Positions 42,414-51,782 of a DNA stretch of 64,000 nucleotides are shown piece after piece. The DNA is taken from the NCBI GenBank assembly GCA_044236455.1, contig JBIIGJ010000004.1, positions 584 to 64,583 on the forward strand, read 5' to 3'. Origin of the DNA: Pirellulales bacterium. Lineage in GTDB: Bacteria; Planctomycetota; Planctomycetia; Pirellulales; UBA1268. The notes beneath the pieces are model-generated. The model was given only the letters and a program-made list of their open reading frames with translations, had not been told where the DNA came from and ran no database searches. A program made the position numbers and the translations under genes. Within the stretch, counting starts at the first letter, position 1. The number at the start of each line of letters is the position of its first letter.

Positions 42414-42441
42414 AGTGTACGCATGTATAACACCTCGTCAA
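42414..42441 (-). promoter_or_regulatory. sigma70-like promoter of comM with overlapping palindrome
   Basis: Minus strand TTGACG-N16-TACACT; TGTAC-N4-GTATA at 42416-42429. Confidence 0.55.
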
Positions 42442-42478
42442 GGGGGGGTGTCTGGCGGGGCGTAAGGTGACTGTCACC

Positions 42479-43429
42479 CTATGCAAGATCGCGGCAGAGG
42501 TATTCGCTGATGCTGACGATGTCAGCCTGAAAAATCTTCGCGAGCCGCAGCGTGGGGCGGACGGTCGAGAGGCAGCTGAACCGCGAGCGGACCACGCCTC
42601 GCTGCGTGTATTCCTCCACCCGATCGGCCAACAGGAAGAGCCCGGCCCAGCCGGAGCCCGCCCCGCCGCCACGGAGATCTCCCGTCACGGCGAGAGCATG
42701 TGTCGTCGAGAGATCCCCCTTGATCTCGCGTCGGTGATAGCCGCGGACGACGCCGTCGATCAGGAGCACCACCGTGTCAAGGCCGTCGGGGCTACGGGCC
42801 AGATCTGCGAGGGACGCCGCAATGTATGAGGCTACGCCGCCGATGCTGCGGGCGTGGAGTTCAGCCACGGCTTGGATCGGGGCTTCTGAGAGTGGCACGA
42901 TTTCGGCCGTGGCCGGTATCTCTCCGCGGTCGATCAGCCACCGTCGCCGTTCGCAGAGCCACGCCGCCCCGCCCCCCTCGACGCGGGCCTCGAATGTTGT
43001 CAGCCGGTCGACCGTGTGAAACCCACTAGCGCCGAGAAAGGGCAGTGCCCCGTCGCGCTCCTCCCGCTCGAGCAGGACTGCCAGCGATTGAAATCGCTGC
43101 TCCCGGGCGTGGGTTGCCAGATGATCGACGAGCGCCGTGGCCACGCCGCGTCGCCGAAACGGCTTCGGCACGTGGACGGCGATCCGGAGCTGGAACTGGC
43201 CCGACTCCATCCGCACCGGCATCCCTTTGGCAGCGCCGAGAATCGCTCCTGTCGCCGCATCCTTGGCGACGAGCATTTGCGACCAGCCGATCACGCCGGG
43301 CTTGTCCGGCAAAAGCATCCGGCAGGCACGCCGGTCGATCCCATCGGCAGCGACGATGCAGATCGCCGGCACGGGGGACTGTGACGTTGGTGGCTCTGCT
43401 GTCATGAGGGGCGTCGTCTTAGGAATCAC
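42479..43429 (-). CDS. tandem GNAT-family N-acetyltransferase
   Basis: HVPKPFRRRGVATALV (motif A), FLGASGF; second domain LAVTGDLRGGG. Confidence 0.75.
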   Translation of the reverse strand: MIPKTTPLMTAEPPTSQSPVPAICIVAADGIDRRACRMLLPDKPGVIGWSQMLVAKDAATGAILGAAKGMPVRMESGQFQLRIAVHVPKPFRRRGVATALVDHLATHAREQRFQSLAVLLEREERDGALPFLGASGFHTVDRLTTFEARVEGGGAAWLCERRRWLIDRGEIPATAEIVPLSEAPIQAVAELHARSIGGVASYIAASLADLARSPDGLDTVVLLIDGVVRGYHRREIKGDLSTTHALAVTGDLRGGGAGSGWAGLFLLADRVEEYTQRGVVRSRFSCLSTVRPTLRLAKIFQADIVSISEYLCRDLA

Positions 43430-45415
43430 TCACTGCCGAGCCCCGCCGCGGATGGCCAGCGCCAGCCGCCGGTGCGTCGTCGCCTTCGTGGTGTCGCGGG
43501 TCACCCGCTCGTGGATCATAGCCAGCCATTCATGGGATAGAGCCGTGGGCCGCTGGGCGAGTGACGTTTCAAACGCCTGGATCGCCCGGTCGATCTGGCC
43601 GAGGCGAACGAGCGCCATTCCAAGCTGCGTGTGGGCCTCCGGCCAAAAGTAGCGTCGCCCGATGGCATTGAGCGCTTCATCGGCCGACTCGGCGGGGTTT
43701 CCTTGCTCGGCATGGACGATCGCCAGACCGATCGACGCCAGGGGAGAATCGGGCTCGAGGTCGCGGACCGCGTGGAAGAGTCGCGAGGCCTCGTCGAGAC
43801 GCTTCGCTCGAAGGTGGGCCCAGGCGACGTTGCCAAGGAGATAACTGCTCGTGCCGCCCTGCTTCTCCGCCTCGGCAAACCGCGAGAGCGCCTCGTCAGT
43901 CTGTCCCGCGCTCGTTTCAAGCATGCCGAGGAGCAGCGCGGCATACGGGGCGAGCCGCGGATCGGCGGCGACCTGTTCCGCGAGGGCCCGGCACTCCTGC
44001 AACTCTCCCTTGGCAAGCAGGCTCGAGGCCAATAGCAGAATCGCCTGCAGGTTACCGGGCGTGGCGGCAATCACGCGGCGAAGCGCCGCAATCGCCTCGT
44101 CGAGATTGCGGGCCTCGAAGTGGGCGAAGGCACGGTGCAGGTCGTGGCCGGCGGCAGCGGCGGCGAGCTGCGCCTCCTCGGCGGGGCTCGTCTCGCTGTA
44201 GCCGAGGACCACGAGCTGGCGGATTGCGTCTCGGGCCTGCCATGGATCCTCGATCGCATCGGGGGGATGCCGGCCGCACTCCCCGTCCACGGTCTCCCAG
44301 GAGGGAATCCGTTCCGCGCTGAGTCGCTCGACAAAGGCCTCAGCGAGGATGCGTCCCGGCATGTCGCTACCGATCGGTAGGCCGAGGAGCGCGAGCACGG
44401 TCGGCGCGATGTCGAGAAGCCCCGCGCCGTGGATGAGCTGATCGGGGCGGACGCCGGTGCCAACGATGGCGACGATGCCGAGCGGCCTGTGCCAGGCCAG
44501 CGGACTTGCGCCCACGGCGCCGGGCTTCGGCCGCCCCGCGTCCGATTGAAAGCCGTGGTCGGAGACGAGGATCACGGTCGTGTCGGGGTCGGCGAGTTCG
44601 ACGAGCCGCGCGAGCATGGCGTCGAGGAGCGCATAGCCAGCGTCGATCACGCCGCCATAGATTGCCGCATCCTGCTCCGGGATGCCGTCGAGCAATGGTT
44701 CGCGATACCTCATGAACACCTGCGAGAGCGGCTCGAGGAGGTGGTAGCGGATAGCGGCAAAGTCCCAGGCTTCGTGTTCAAGCAGCTCTGTGGCGATCGC
44801 GTGGACCGTGACCGTGGCGGCGAGGCCGTCGGCTACGAGCCCCGGGCGAGGATCCTTCGAGGTGTCGATGCCTGCGATGCCGGGGAGGAATGGGAGGAGT
44901 TCGCTGGCGGGCAGTTCGCGGGGATGGAGCCGCAACTCAGCGAGGCTGGCGGTCCGGTCGGCCGGATGGACGCAGCCTTCGGGCATGGGCCACGCCACGC
45001 CGAGCGGCGCCGTCACGCTCGTGATCCGTTCATCGACGCTCAGCCCAAGGATTGGCTCGGCGGGGTGGCTCGCCGCCCAGTTGACGACGACTGAACGGAG
45101 GCCGCTCTGCGTGGCGATGTTCCAGAGGGCCTTGGCGGTGCGGCCGCGGCAACTCGTCCGTCGCCAGTCGCCGCTGACCGGATCGGGCTCGCGGTCGGAG
45201 AGGATGCCGTGTCGATCGGCCCGCAGGCCGGTGGCAACAGTCGTCCACGTCAGCGGCGCGATCGACGGCGTGACGCTGACGCAATCTCCCATCGCGCCCT
45301 CGGCCACGAGCCGGGCGAGCGTCGGCAGCCTTCCCGCGTCGAGAAGCGGGTGGATGACGTTCCAGTCAGCCGCATCCCAGCCGACGAGGAGCACGCGAGG
45401 GTGCGGAGCTGCCAT
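43430..45415 (-). CDS. type I phosphodiesterase/AlkP-superfamily domain plus TPR repeats (apparently inactive)
   Basis: LVGWDAADW, WTTVATG..HGI, SDHGF, WHRPLG, DIAPT; C-terminal TPRs. Confidence 0.85.
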   Translation of the reverse strand: MAAPHPRVLLVGWDAADWNVIHPLLDAGRLPTLARLVAEGAMGDCVSVTPSIAPLTWTTVATGLRADRHGILSDREPDPVSGDWRRTSCRGRTAKALWNIATQSGLRSVVVNWAASHPAEPILGLSVDERITSVTAPLGVAWPMPEGCVHPADRTASLAELRLHPRELPASELLPFLPGIAGIDTSKDPRPGLVADGLAATVTVHAIATELLEHEAWDFAAIRYHLLEPLSQVFMRYREPLLDGIPEQDAAIYGGVIDAGYALLDAMLARLVELADPDTTVILVSDHGFQSDAGRPKPGAVGASPLAWHRPLGIVAIVGTGVRPDQLIHGAGLLDIAPTVLALLGLPIGSDMPGRILAEAFVERLSAERIPSWETVDGECGRHPPDAIEDPWQARDAIRQLVVLGYSETSPAEEAQLAAAAAGHDLHRAFAHFEARNLDEAIAALRRVIAATPGNLQAILLLASSLLAKGELQECRALAEQVAADPRLAPYAALLLGMLETSAGQTDEALSRFAEAEKQGGTSSYLLGNVAWAHLRAKRLDEASRLFHAVRDLEPDSPLASIGLAIVHAEQGNPAESADEALNAIGRRYFWPEAHTQLGMALVRLGQIDRAIQAFETSLAQRPTALSHEWLAMIHERVTRDTTKATTHRRLALAIRGGARQ

Positions 45416-45440
45416 GGCTTGAGGGCTTTGCTACTGGCGG

Positions 45441-46256
45441 TCAGGCAACCGCCTGGCGGCGCTTTCGCCAGGCCCGCAGGCCGGCGGCACCGGCGGCGAA
45501 GCCGAGCTGCTGTTCGACGAGCGCGAGCCCACTGACAAGGAGTGCCAGCGCACTGCCGCCGGAGGCGGGATCGATCTCGGGAACGGGGGTCGTGATAGGC
45601 GTGTTGGCGTCCGACTCCCACGCCCATTGCACGAGCGTGGCTTCTTGCCCGGCTACCGACGTTGTGGGAACCATCAGCTCCATCCAGCCGTAGTGGGTTT
45701 GGGAGCCCCCATCGAGGAAACTGAATCCGACGTATCCGGATCCTCCAGCCGACCAATTTGAGTTCCCGCCGCCAAGCGACGCCGTCCAGTCGCCGTTGGC
45801 GCCGTAAAAGGCAGCCGCCGCCGAGTTAGAGTAATTCGGGTATTTAATCAGATCGTTGTCAGGGCCGACCGTCTCCCCTGCGGCGAAGTTATTCAACGAG
45901 TTAGCTGAGCTGGTGTAAAAAGCGAACGATCCCGGAGAGCCTGATGTCGCATCGGTTGCCAGGGATACTGTTGCACCGTCAGTCCCACCGTTGAGCGATT
46001 GCCAAGAGAATCTGAATGTCGGACTGGTGGGATCGCTCGGGACAAGGTTCACGCTCGTACTATTGTTTGGGTTTAGCGTCGGTCCTAGGCTCGCAACGCT
46101 GACGTTCTGGATGCCGCTGGAGATCACCCCGGCATCGGCGGGAGTGGCCACGAGGGCGAGTGCCCCGCCGCCGAGGGCGTAGGCGAGCAGCCGCTGGTCG
46201 AGCGGGCTCTGGCCAGATGGGTGAGAAGGCTTCTTTGCGGTCTTCGTGGCTTTCAT
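45441..46256 (-). CDS. secreted surface protein with VPEIDP (PEP-CTERM-type) sorting tail
   Basis: LDQRLLAYA...ATPADA signal peptide; S/T/G/N-rich body with GYVGFSF and HYGW; VPEIDP-TM-...RKRR tail. Confidence 0.85.
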   Translation of the reverse strand: MKATKTAKKPSHPSGQSPLDQRLLAYALGGGALALVATPADAGVISSGIQNVSVASLGPTLNPNNSTSVNLVPSDPTSPTFRFSWQSLNGGTDGATVSLATDATSGSPGSFAFYTSSANSLNNFAAGETVGPDNDLIKYPNYSNSAAAAFYGANGDWTASLGGGNSNWSAGGSGYVGFSFLDGGSQTHYGWMELMVPTTSVAGQEATLVQWAWESDANTPITTPVPEIDPASGGSALALLVSGLALVEQQLGFAAGAAGLRAWRKRRQAVA

Positions 46257-46499
46257 TGACTCGTCTCCTCGCGGTCATTCGCTCGAAGGCGGGGCTTTCC
46301 AATGGTCCGCCTGAGATGGTACTGAGCGAATGCCCGCCTGTCCAAAAAAGGGCCGAAACGGTTATGGCTCGCACGAACCGGAAAGAAACACACTCCCGAT
46401 GGAAGGCATTCGGGAGAGAAAGGGTGCCAGCCACGCGTCAGCCGCCAGATTTGGGTCTCCCAACGGCAGCAAATCTGCTCCCGTCCCCATTTTTATCAC

Positions 46500-47300
46500 G
46501 ACGCCCTGATACACGATGATTCCGCGGCGTACGCGGTCGCCGCATTCTCGCAGGAGCGTCTTTGGCCTCGTTTGGACAAGGAAATCGACATCGAATCCGC
46601 CGCTGACGGAATAATGGAAGATCGGCCGCTCCTTTCCGGTCGTCGCCGCGTAGGCTCGCATCTCATGATGCAGCAGCGCCTCAAACGCGAAGCTCTTCCA
46701 GACGGAATCGACCGTATCGAGGTCGAGCCCGGCCACCTGCAGCACCCGCACGAACGGATCGAGACTGCGCACGAGCGCCTCCGCCGTGATCTCCTCCTTC
46801 AGGTAGGTCTCCACGTAGGTGGCTAGCGTGGCGGCCCGATGGGCTGGATCGCTCACCACCAGCGGCAACGTGCCCCACTCGACGGCCTGATCGATCCGCC
46901 ACACGCCTCGGTATTCCGGCCAGACGAACGGATACATGTGCAGCTGAAGGGCCCGGCCGGCGAGCAGGTTCGCCCCCGCCCGTCGGAGCTTCCGCGCACT
47001 CGACCCCGACAGGGCGAAGTGGATACCGCGTTTCTGCTCGTCAAGGCGATGCAACTCGTCGAGCAGGGCCGGAATTCGCTGGATTTCATCGATGACGACC
47101 CAGTCGCCGCGTCGCCGCGTGACGAGCCGCTCGAGGGCGGATGGATCACGGCTCAGGGCCAGAAACCGCGACGAGTCGAGCAGATCGATTGTCAAAGCTC
47201 GCGGGAACGCACCGGCGAGCCAGGTCGATTTGCCCGTGCCGCGGGGCCCGAGGAGGAGAAACCTCTTGGTTGGGGCGGTGATGAGGTGACCGTGCGTTAT
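46500..47300 (-). pseudogene. degraded AAA_14/DUF4143 ATPase
   Basis: FLLLGPRGTGKSTW, IDEIQR, SGSSARKL..NLLAGRA; no ATG/GTG/TTG before Walker A (in-frame TAG upstream); middle and C-terminal parts appear deleted. Confidence 0.75.
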
Positions 47301-47472
47301 GGGGCAAAACCTCTCTGCCCATCCACTACGGTGTGGTGAAAAATGCTACTTATTCCGCCGCAACGCGAGGAAAAAAGCTGACGCGGCTGCGGGGGGGAGG
47401 GGAGTGTCCGCAAGTTTGCGATAGGCTTGGAGGGTGTTGGACGCCACCGTAAGCCCGGGGACGACATTTATC

Positions 47473-50250
47473 ATGCCGACAACCAGACCAGCGTTGCCCC
47501 GCCCGATTGGGGCGTTTTTCATTGTGTTCCTGGCCTCCATTCCGTTGGTCGCGGCCGTGGCCCGGGCCGACGAGGGGATGTGGCTCTTCAGCCATCCGCC
47601 GCTTGTGCGACTCGAAAAGGCTCATGCCGCCGCACTCGGCGGGAAGAAGCTCACGCCGGAGTGGCTGACGCACCTGCAGCAGGCGTCAGTGCGTTTCAAC
47701 TCGGGCGGGTCGGGCTCGTTCGTGTCGGCCGACGGCCTCGTGCTCACCAACCACCATGTCGGTGCCGACAGTCTGCAGAAGCTCGGCACCGAGCAGCACA
47801 ACTACTATCGGGACGGCTTCGCGGCGGCCACGCAGGCCGACGAGCTGAAGTGCCACGATCTCGAGCTCAACGTGCTCGTCTCGATCGAGGATGTCACCTC
47901 CCGCGTGCAGGCGGCCGTTGCGCCCGGCCTCGATCCGCAGGCGGCGTTTGCCGCCCGCCGCAAGGTGATGGCGGAGATCGAGAAGGAGTCGCTCGCCGCC
48001 ACGGGCCTGCGGAGCGACGTGGTCACGCTCCATCAGGGCGGCCTCTACCATCTCTATCGAGCCAAGAAATACACCGACGTGCGGCTCGTCTTCGCGCCGG
48101 AGCAGCAGATCGCCTTCTTCGGCGGCGATGCCGACAACTTCGAGTTTCCGCGCTACAACCTCGACGTCTGCTTCTTTCGCGCCTACGAAAACGGCAAGCC
48201 GGCGAGGGTGCCGCACCACCTCACGTGGAGCCGCCAGCCGGTTGCGGCGGGCGACTTGGTCTTTGTTTCGGGCCACCCCGGACACACCGACCGGGCTGAC
48301 ACTCTTCGTGAACTCCTGGCGATGCGGGACCGGCAGATTCCGTTTTCACTCGCCACGCTCAACCGGCTGGAGGTGATGCTCGACGCCTATGCCGACGAGG
48401 GGCCCGAGGAGAGGCGGCAGGCGATGGGCGACCTCTTCGGCGTGCAGAACAGCCGTAAAGCCCGCGAGGGAATTCTCGCCGGGCTGCTCGATCCCAAGTT
48501 CATCGCACGGAAGCGGGCGTCGGAAGAAAAACTTCGCGAACTGGTGGCGAAGCGGGCCGCGGGCAAGGCGGGGTCGGCCCAGCCCTCGCCGTTCGACCGG
48601 ATCGAGCTGGTTGAGAAAGAAATCGCAGACGTCGCCCTGCGGCACAACCTGCTCGAGGGGGCGGTCGGCTTCAACAGCCAGTATTTCGCCAACGCCCGCA
48701 CGATCCTGCGGGCCGCCGCCGAGGCAGCAAAGCCCAGCGGCGAGCGGCTCCGCGAATACCGCGACTCCAATCGCGAGTCGCTGGAGCTTGCGCTCTTCTC
48801 CGACGAGCCGGTCTACGACGCTTTCGAGATCACGAAGCTGGCCGACTCGCTCACGTGTCTGGCCACGTCACTCGGGCCTGATGATCCTCTGGTTCAAAAG
48901 GTGCTCGCAGGAAAATCGCCCCGGGAGCGGGCGGCGGAACTCGTCAGTGGCACGGGGCTGGGCAAGCGGGGCGGGGCGGATGCCGCAAAGCCCGACACGC
49001 GACGCAGCCTCTACGAAGGCGGCCAGGCAGCGGTCGCCGCGTCGACCGATCCGATGCTCGGTCTGGCACGCATCGTCGACGAGGAGTCGCGGTCACTGCG
49101 AAAAATCGTCGAGGCGGCCGGGGAGATCAAGCGGCAGGCGCATGCGGAGATCACGCAGGCTGTGTTTGCCAGTGAAGGGGAGAGCGTCTACCCCGACGCC
49201 ACCTTCACGCTGCGTCTCGCCTACGGCACGCTGAAAGGATATGAGGAAGCAGGCAAGCAGGTGCCGGCAATCACGACCTACGCCGGTCTCTTCGGCCGTG
49301 CCCATTCGAAGGGGTACTCGCCGCCTTTCGATCTGCCGCCGCGGTGGGAGAAACTGCGGCCGCAGCTTGAGCGCGACGAAGCCTTCCTCAAGACGCCGTT
49401 TAACTTCATCTCCACCGCCGACATCATCGGCGGCAACTCCGGAAGCCCCGTCGTCAACACGTCCGGCGAACTCGTCGGCCTGATCTTCGACGGCAATATC
49501 CAGTCGCTCGTGCTCGACATCGCCTACGACGACACGCAGGCCCGTGCCGTATCGGTGGACGCGGCGGGAATCCTGGCGGCGCTCCGCACGGTCTACGCCG
49601 CCGACACGCTCGTCGCTGAACTGCTCGGCAACGCGGCCGGCTCCGGCCGCGCGGGAGCGCCGCAGGGCGATGCCTGGCGACCACTCTTCGACGGCAAGGC
49701 GCTCGGCAAGTGGCGGCCGACTGGCTTTGGTGGCGAGGGAGAGGTCGTGGTGGAGGACGGCGCGATCAAGATCGGCATGGGCGCCGACTTGAGCGGCATC
49801 ACCTGGACCGGCGACGTGCCGCGGCAGGACTACGAAATCGCGCTCGACGCCCAGCGGGCCGACGGCAACGATTTCTTTTGTGGGCTGACATTTCCTGTTG
49901 GCGAGGATCCATGCAGCTTCATCGTGGGCGGCTGGGGAGGCGGCGTGGTCGGTCTTTCGAGCATCGACGGCGACGACGCCGCGCACAACGCCACGACGTC
50001 TTTCAAGGAGTTCAAAATGGGCCGGTGGTATGCGATCCGCGTGCGGGTGACTCCTGAGCGGATCGTCTGCTTCATCGACGACGAGAAAATGCTTGACCAG
50101 CCGCTGGCTGGCAGGAAGCTTTCGATCCGCGACGAGGTGATCCCGTCGAAGCCGCTGGGGATCGCGACCTACGCCACGACGGCGCTGGTGAAGAACATCC
50201 GCTGGCGGCCGCTGCCCGCGGGGCCTGCCAGGGAGGCGAAACAGCCATGA
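47473..50250 (+). CDS. S46 dipeptidyl-peptidase fused to C-terminal DUF1080 domain
   Basis: ADEGMW, TNHHV, DATFTLRL, DIIGGNSGSPV; then LFDGK..W, DFFCGLTFP, GGWGG, PLGIATY. Confidence 0.88.
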   Translation: MPTTRPALPRPIGAFFIVFLASIPLVAAVARADEGMWLFSHPPLVRLEKAHAAALGGKKLTPEWLTHLQQASVRFNSGGSGSFVSADGLVLTNHHVGADSLQKLGTEQHNYYRDGFAAATQADELKCHDLELNVLVSIEDVTSRVQAAVAPGLDPQAAFAARRKVMAEIEKESLAATGLRSDVVTLHQGGLYHLYRAKKYTDVRLVFAPEQQIAFFGGDADNFEFPRYNLDVCFFRAYENGKPARVPHHLTWSRQPVAAGDLVFVSGHPGHTDRADTLRELLAMRDRQIPFSLATLNRLEVMLDAYADEGPEERRQAMGDLFGVQNSRKAREGILAGLLDPKFIARKRASEEKLRELVAKRAAGKAGSAQPSPFDRIELVEKEIADVALRHNLLEGAVGFNSQYFANARTILRAAAEAAKPSGERLREYRDSNRESLELALFSDEPVYDAFEITKLADSLTCLATSLGPDDPLVQKVLAGKSPRERAAELVSGTGLGKRGGADAAKPDTRRSLYEGGQAAVAASTDPMLGLARIVDEESRSLRKIVEAAGEIKRQAHAEITQAVFASEGESVYPDATFTLRLAYGTLKGYEEAGKQVPAITTYAGLFGRAHSKGYSPPFDLPPRWEKLRPQLERDEAFLKTPFNFISTADIIGGNSGSPVVNTSGELVGLIFDGNIQSLVLDIAYDDTQARAVSVDAAGILAALRTVYAADTLVAELLGNAAGSGRAGAPQGDAWRPLFDGKALGKWRPTGFGGEGEVVVEDGAIKIGMGADLSGITWTGDVPRQDYEIALDAQRADGNDFFCGLTFPVGEDPCSFIVGGWGGGVVGLSSIDGDDAAHNATTSFKEFKMGRWYAIRVRVTPERIVCFIDDEKMLDQPLAGRKLSIRDEVIPSKPLGIATYATTALVKNIRWRPLPAGPAREAKQP

Positions 50251-50972
50251 GCGACGAGCTTCGGGATGCGGGCGCCGACAAGCTGCGGCAACGGATCGCC
50301 GAAGAGGCGGCTCGCATGGTGGCCAAAGGGGGAGATTCCACCAAGTCGCGGTTTCGCGCGGCCCGCCGGGTGGCCCGCGGCTGGGTGCCGGAGGAGCAGC
50401 TGCCCAGCCACGACGAGATCCGTCGCGAGGTGACGCGAGGCAGCGATCCTGCTGGCGGCCTCGCGCACCTGGCCGGCGACCGCTTCGACCGCATCGCTGA
50501 GCTTGTGCGGGTGCTCGAGAACGTGAAGCAGGATCCGCTCAAGCATCCGGAGGGGGACGTGCTCGAACACACCCTCCAGGTCTTCGACCGCGTGCACGAG
50601 GAGCGGCCGTTCGACGAGGAACTGCTGACGGCGGCGCTCGTCCACGACGTGGGCCGGGCGATCGATCGCACCAATCCGGTTGCGAGCTGCGTGTCTGTTC
50701 TCGGCGACCTGATTACGGAGCGGACCCGCTGGCTCGTCGAGTCGCTGGAGGTCGCGGCGGCCCATGGCAACCACACGCTCGGTGCGCGGGCCCGGCAGCG
50801 GCTGGAATCGCACCCCGATTTCCTCGATGTGCTGCTGCTGGCCGAGTGCGACCGCAAGGCCTGCATCCGTGGCTACGATGCCGTCTCGCTCGACGAGGCG
50901 ATCGCGATCCTCCGCAGGCTGGCGCTCGAGAACGACGCCGACGAGGCTGCCGACGAGGCTGCCGACGAGTAA
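50247..50972 (+). CDS. HD-domain phosphohydrolase
   Basis: HPEGDVLEH, ALVHDVGR, LAECD; ATGA overlap with the upstream gene. Confidence 0.75.
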   Translation: MSDELRDAGADKLRQRIAEEAARMVAKGGDSTKSRFRAARRVARGWVPEEQLPSHDEIRREVTRGSDPAGGLAHLAGDRFDRIAELVRVLENVKQDPLKHPEGDVLEHTLQVFDRVHEERPFDEELLTAALVHDVGRAIDRTNPVASCVSVLGDLITERTRWLVESLEVAAAHGNHTLGARARQRLESHPDFLDVLLLAECDRKACIRGYDAVSLDEAIAILRRLALENDADEAADEAADE

Positions 50973-50979
50973 GCCGTCG

Positions 50980-51597
50980 TCACGGTGACTGGCCGTCGAG
51001 CGCCGCGCGGATGGCCTCGCGGGCCGCCCGCCAGCGGTATTTCACGGTGCGTTCGGAGCAGTCGAGGAGTGTGGCAATCGTCTTCTGGTCGGCCCCCAGA
51101 TACCAGACGAGATGGAAGATCTCACGATCGTCTGCGGGCAGGCTCTCGATCGCCTCGTGGAAGAGCGTCCAGCGATCGAGGCTGGTCTCCGCGGCCGGGG
51201 TGCGGTCGATGTAATGTTCCTGGCCCTGGTCGGCTGGGGCTCTGGGCATCACGTTCGTGCCGTGGTTGGCGGCATACGACGCTGGGCCTGCGTGCCGCCG
51301 GGCCAGGTCGATCAGTTCGCGGTGCAACTGCGTGGCCGCCAGGGCCATGATCGAACGGGGGGAGTCGAACTGCATCGCGCCGAGGGCCCGGTGCAGCCGC
51401 ATGGCGGCATTCTGGAAGACGTCGTCGGTGTCTTCCCAGCGGCGGACGCCGGGGAAGCGGCCCAGCATCCGGTGGGCCAGGTCGCGGAGGCGTTCGCTGC
51501 AGAGTTCGATGATCCGATCCCGGGCGGAGAGGTCGCCCTGGGCCAGTTGCTGCAGGGCGGCCGTCAGGGCCGGGGAGATCGTTTCGTCAGCATCCAT
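50980..51597 (-). CDS. ECF sigma factor
   Basis: GDLSARD, EDTDDVFQ, RELIDLAR, LPADDREIF, IATLL.CSERTVKYRW. Confidence 0.88.
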   Translation of the reverse strand: MDADETISPALTAALQQLAQGDLSARDRIIELCSERLRDLAHRMLGRFPGVRRWEDTDDVFQNAAMRLHRALGAMQFDSPRSIMALAATQLHRELIDLARRHAGPASYAANHGTNVMPRAPADQGQEHYIDRTPAAETSLDRWTLFHEAIESLPADDREIFHLVWYLGADQKTIATLLDCSERTVKYRWRAAREAIRAALDGQSP

Positions 51598-51782
51598 ACG
51601 ACGTCAGGCGGCTTGGATCGCTCCTCCTATCGGACGGGGCAACACTGAAAAAGCCGTTTTTGCAGCGAATTTACGCGTGGTGTTTTTATTTTTGCCCCTC
51701 GCGACCAGGGCTCTCGCCATAGCAGACAGGGGCAGCCGCGTGGCTGTCGACAGAAAATAACCGCGTCGCTGCTGATTTACCA

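Noticed and set aside
50936..50969. 12-bp repeats encoding ADEA
   Set aside because: Ordinary low-complexity acidic tail
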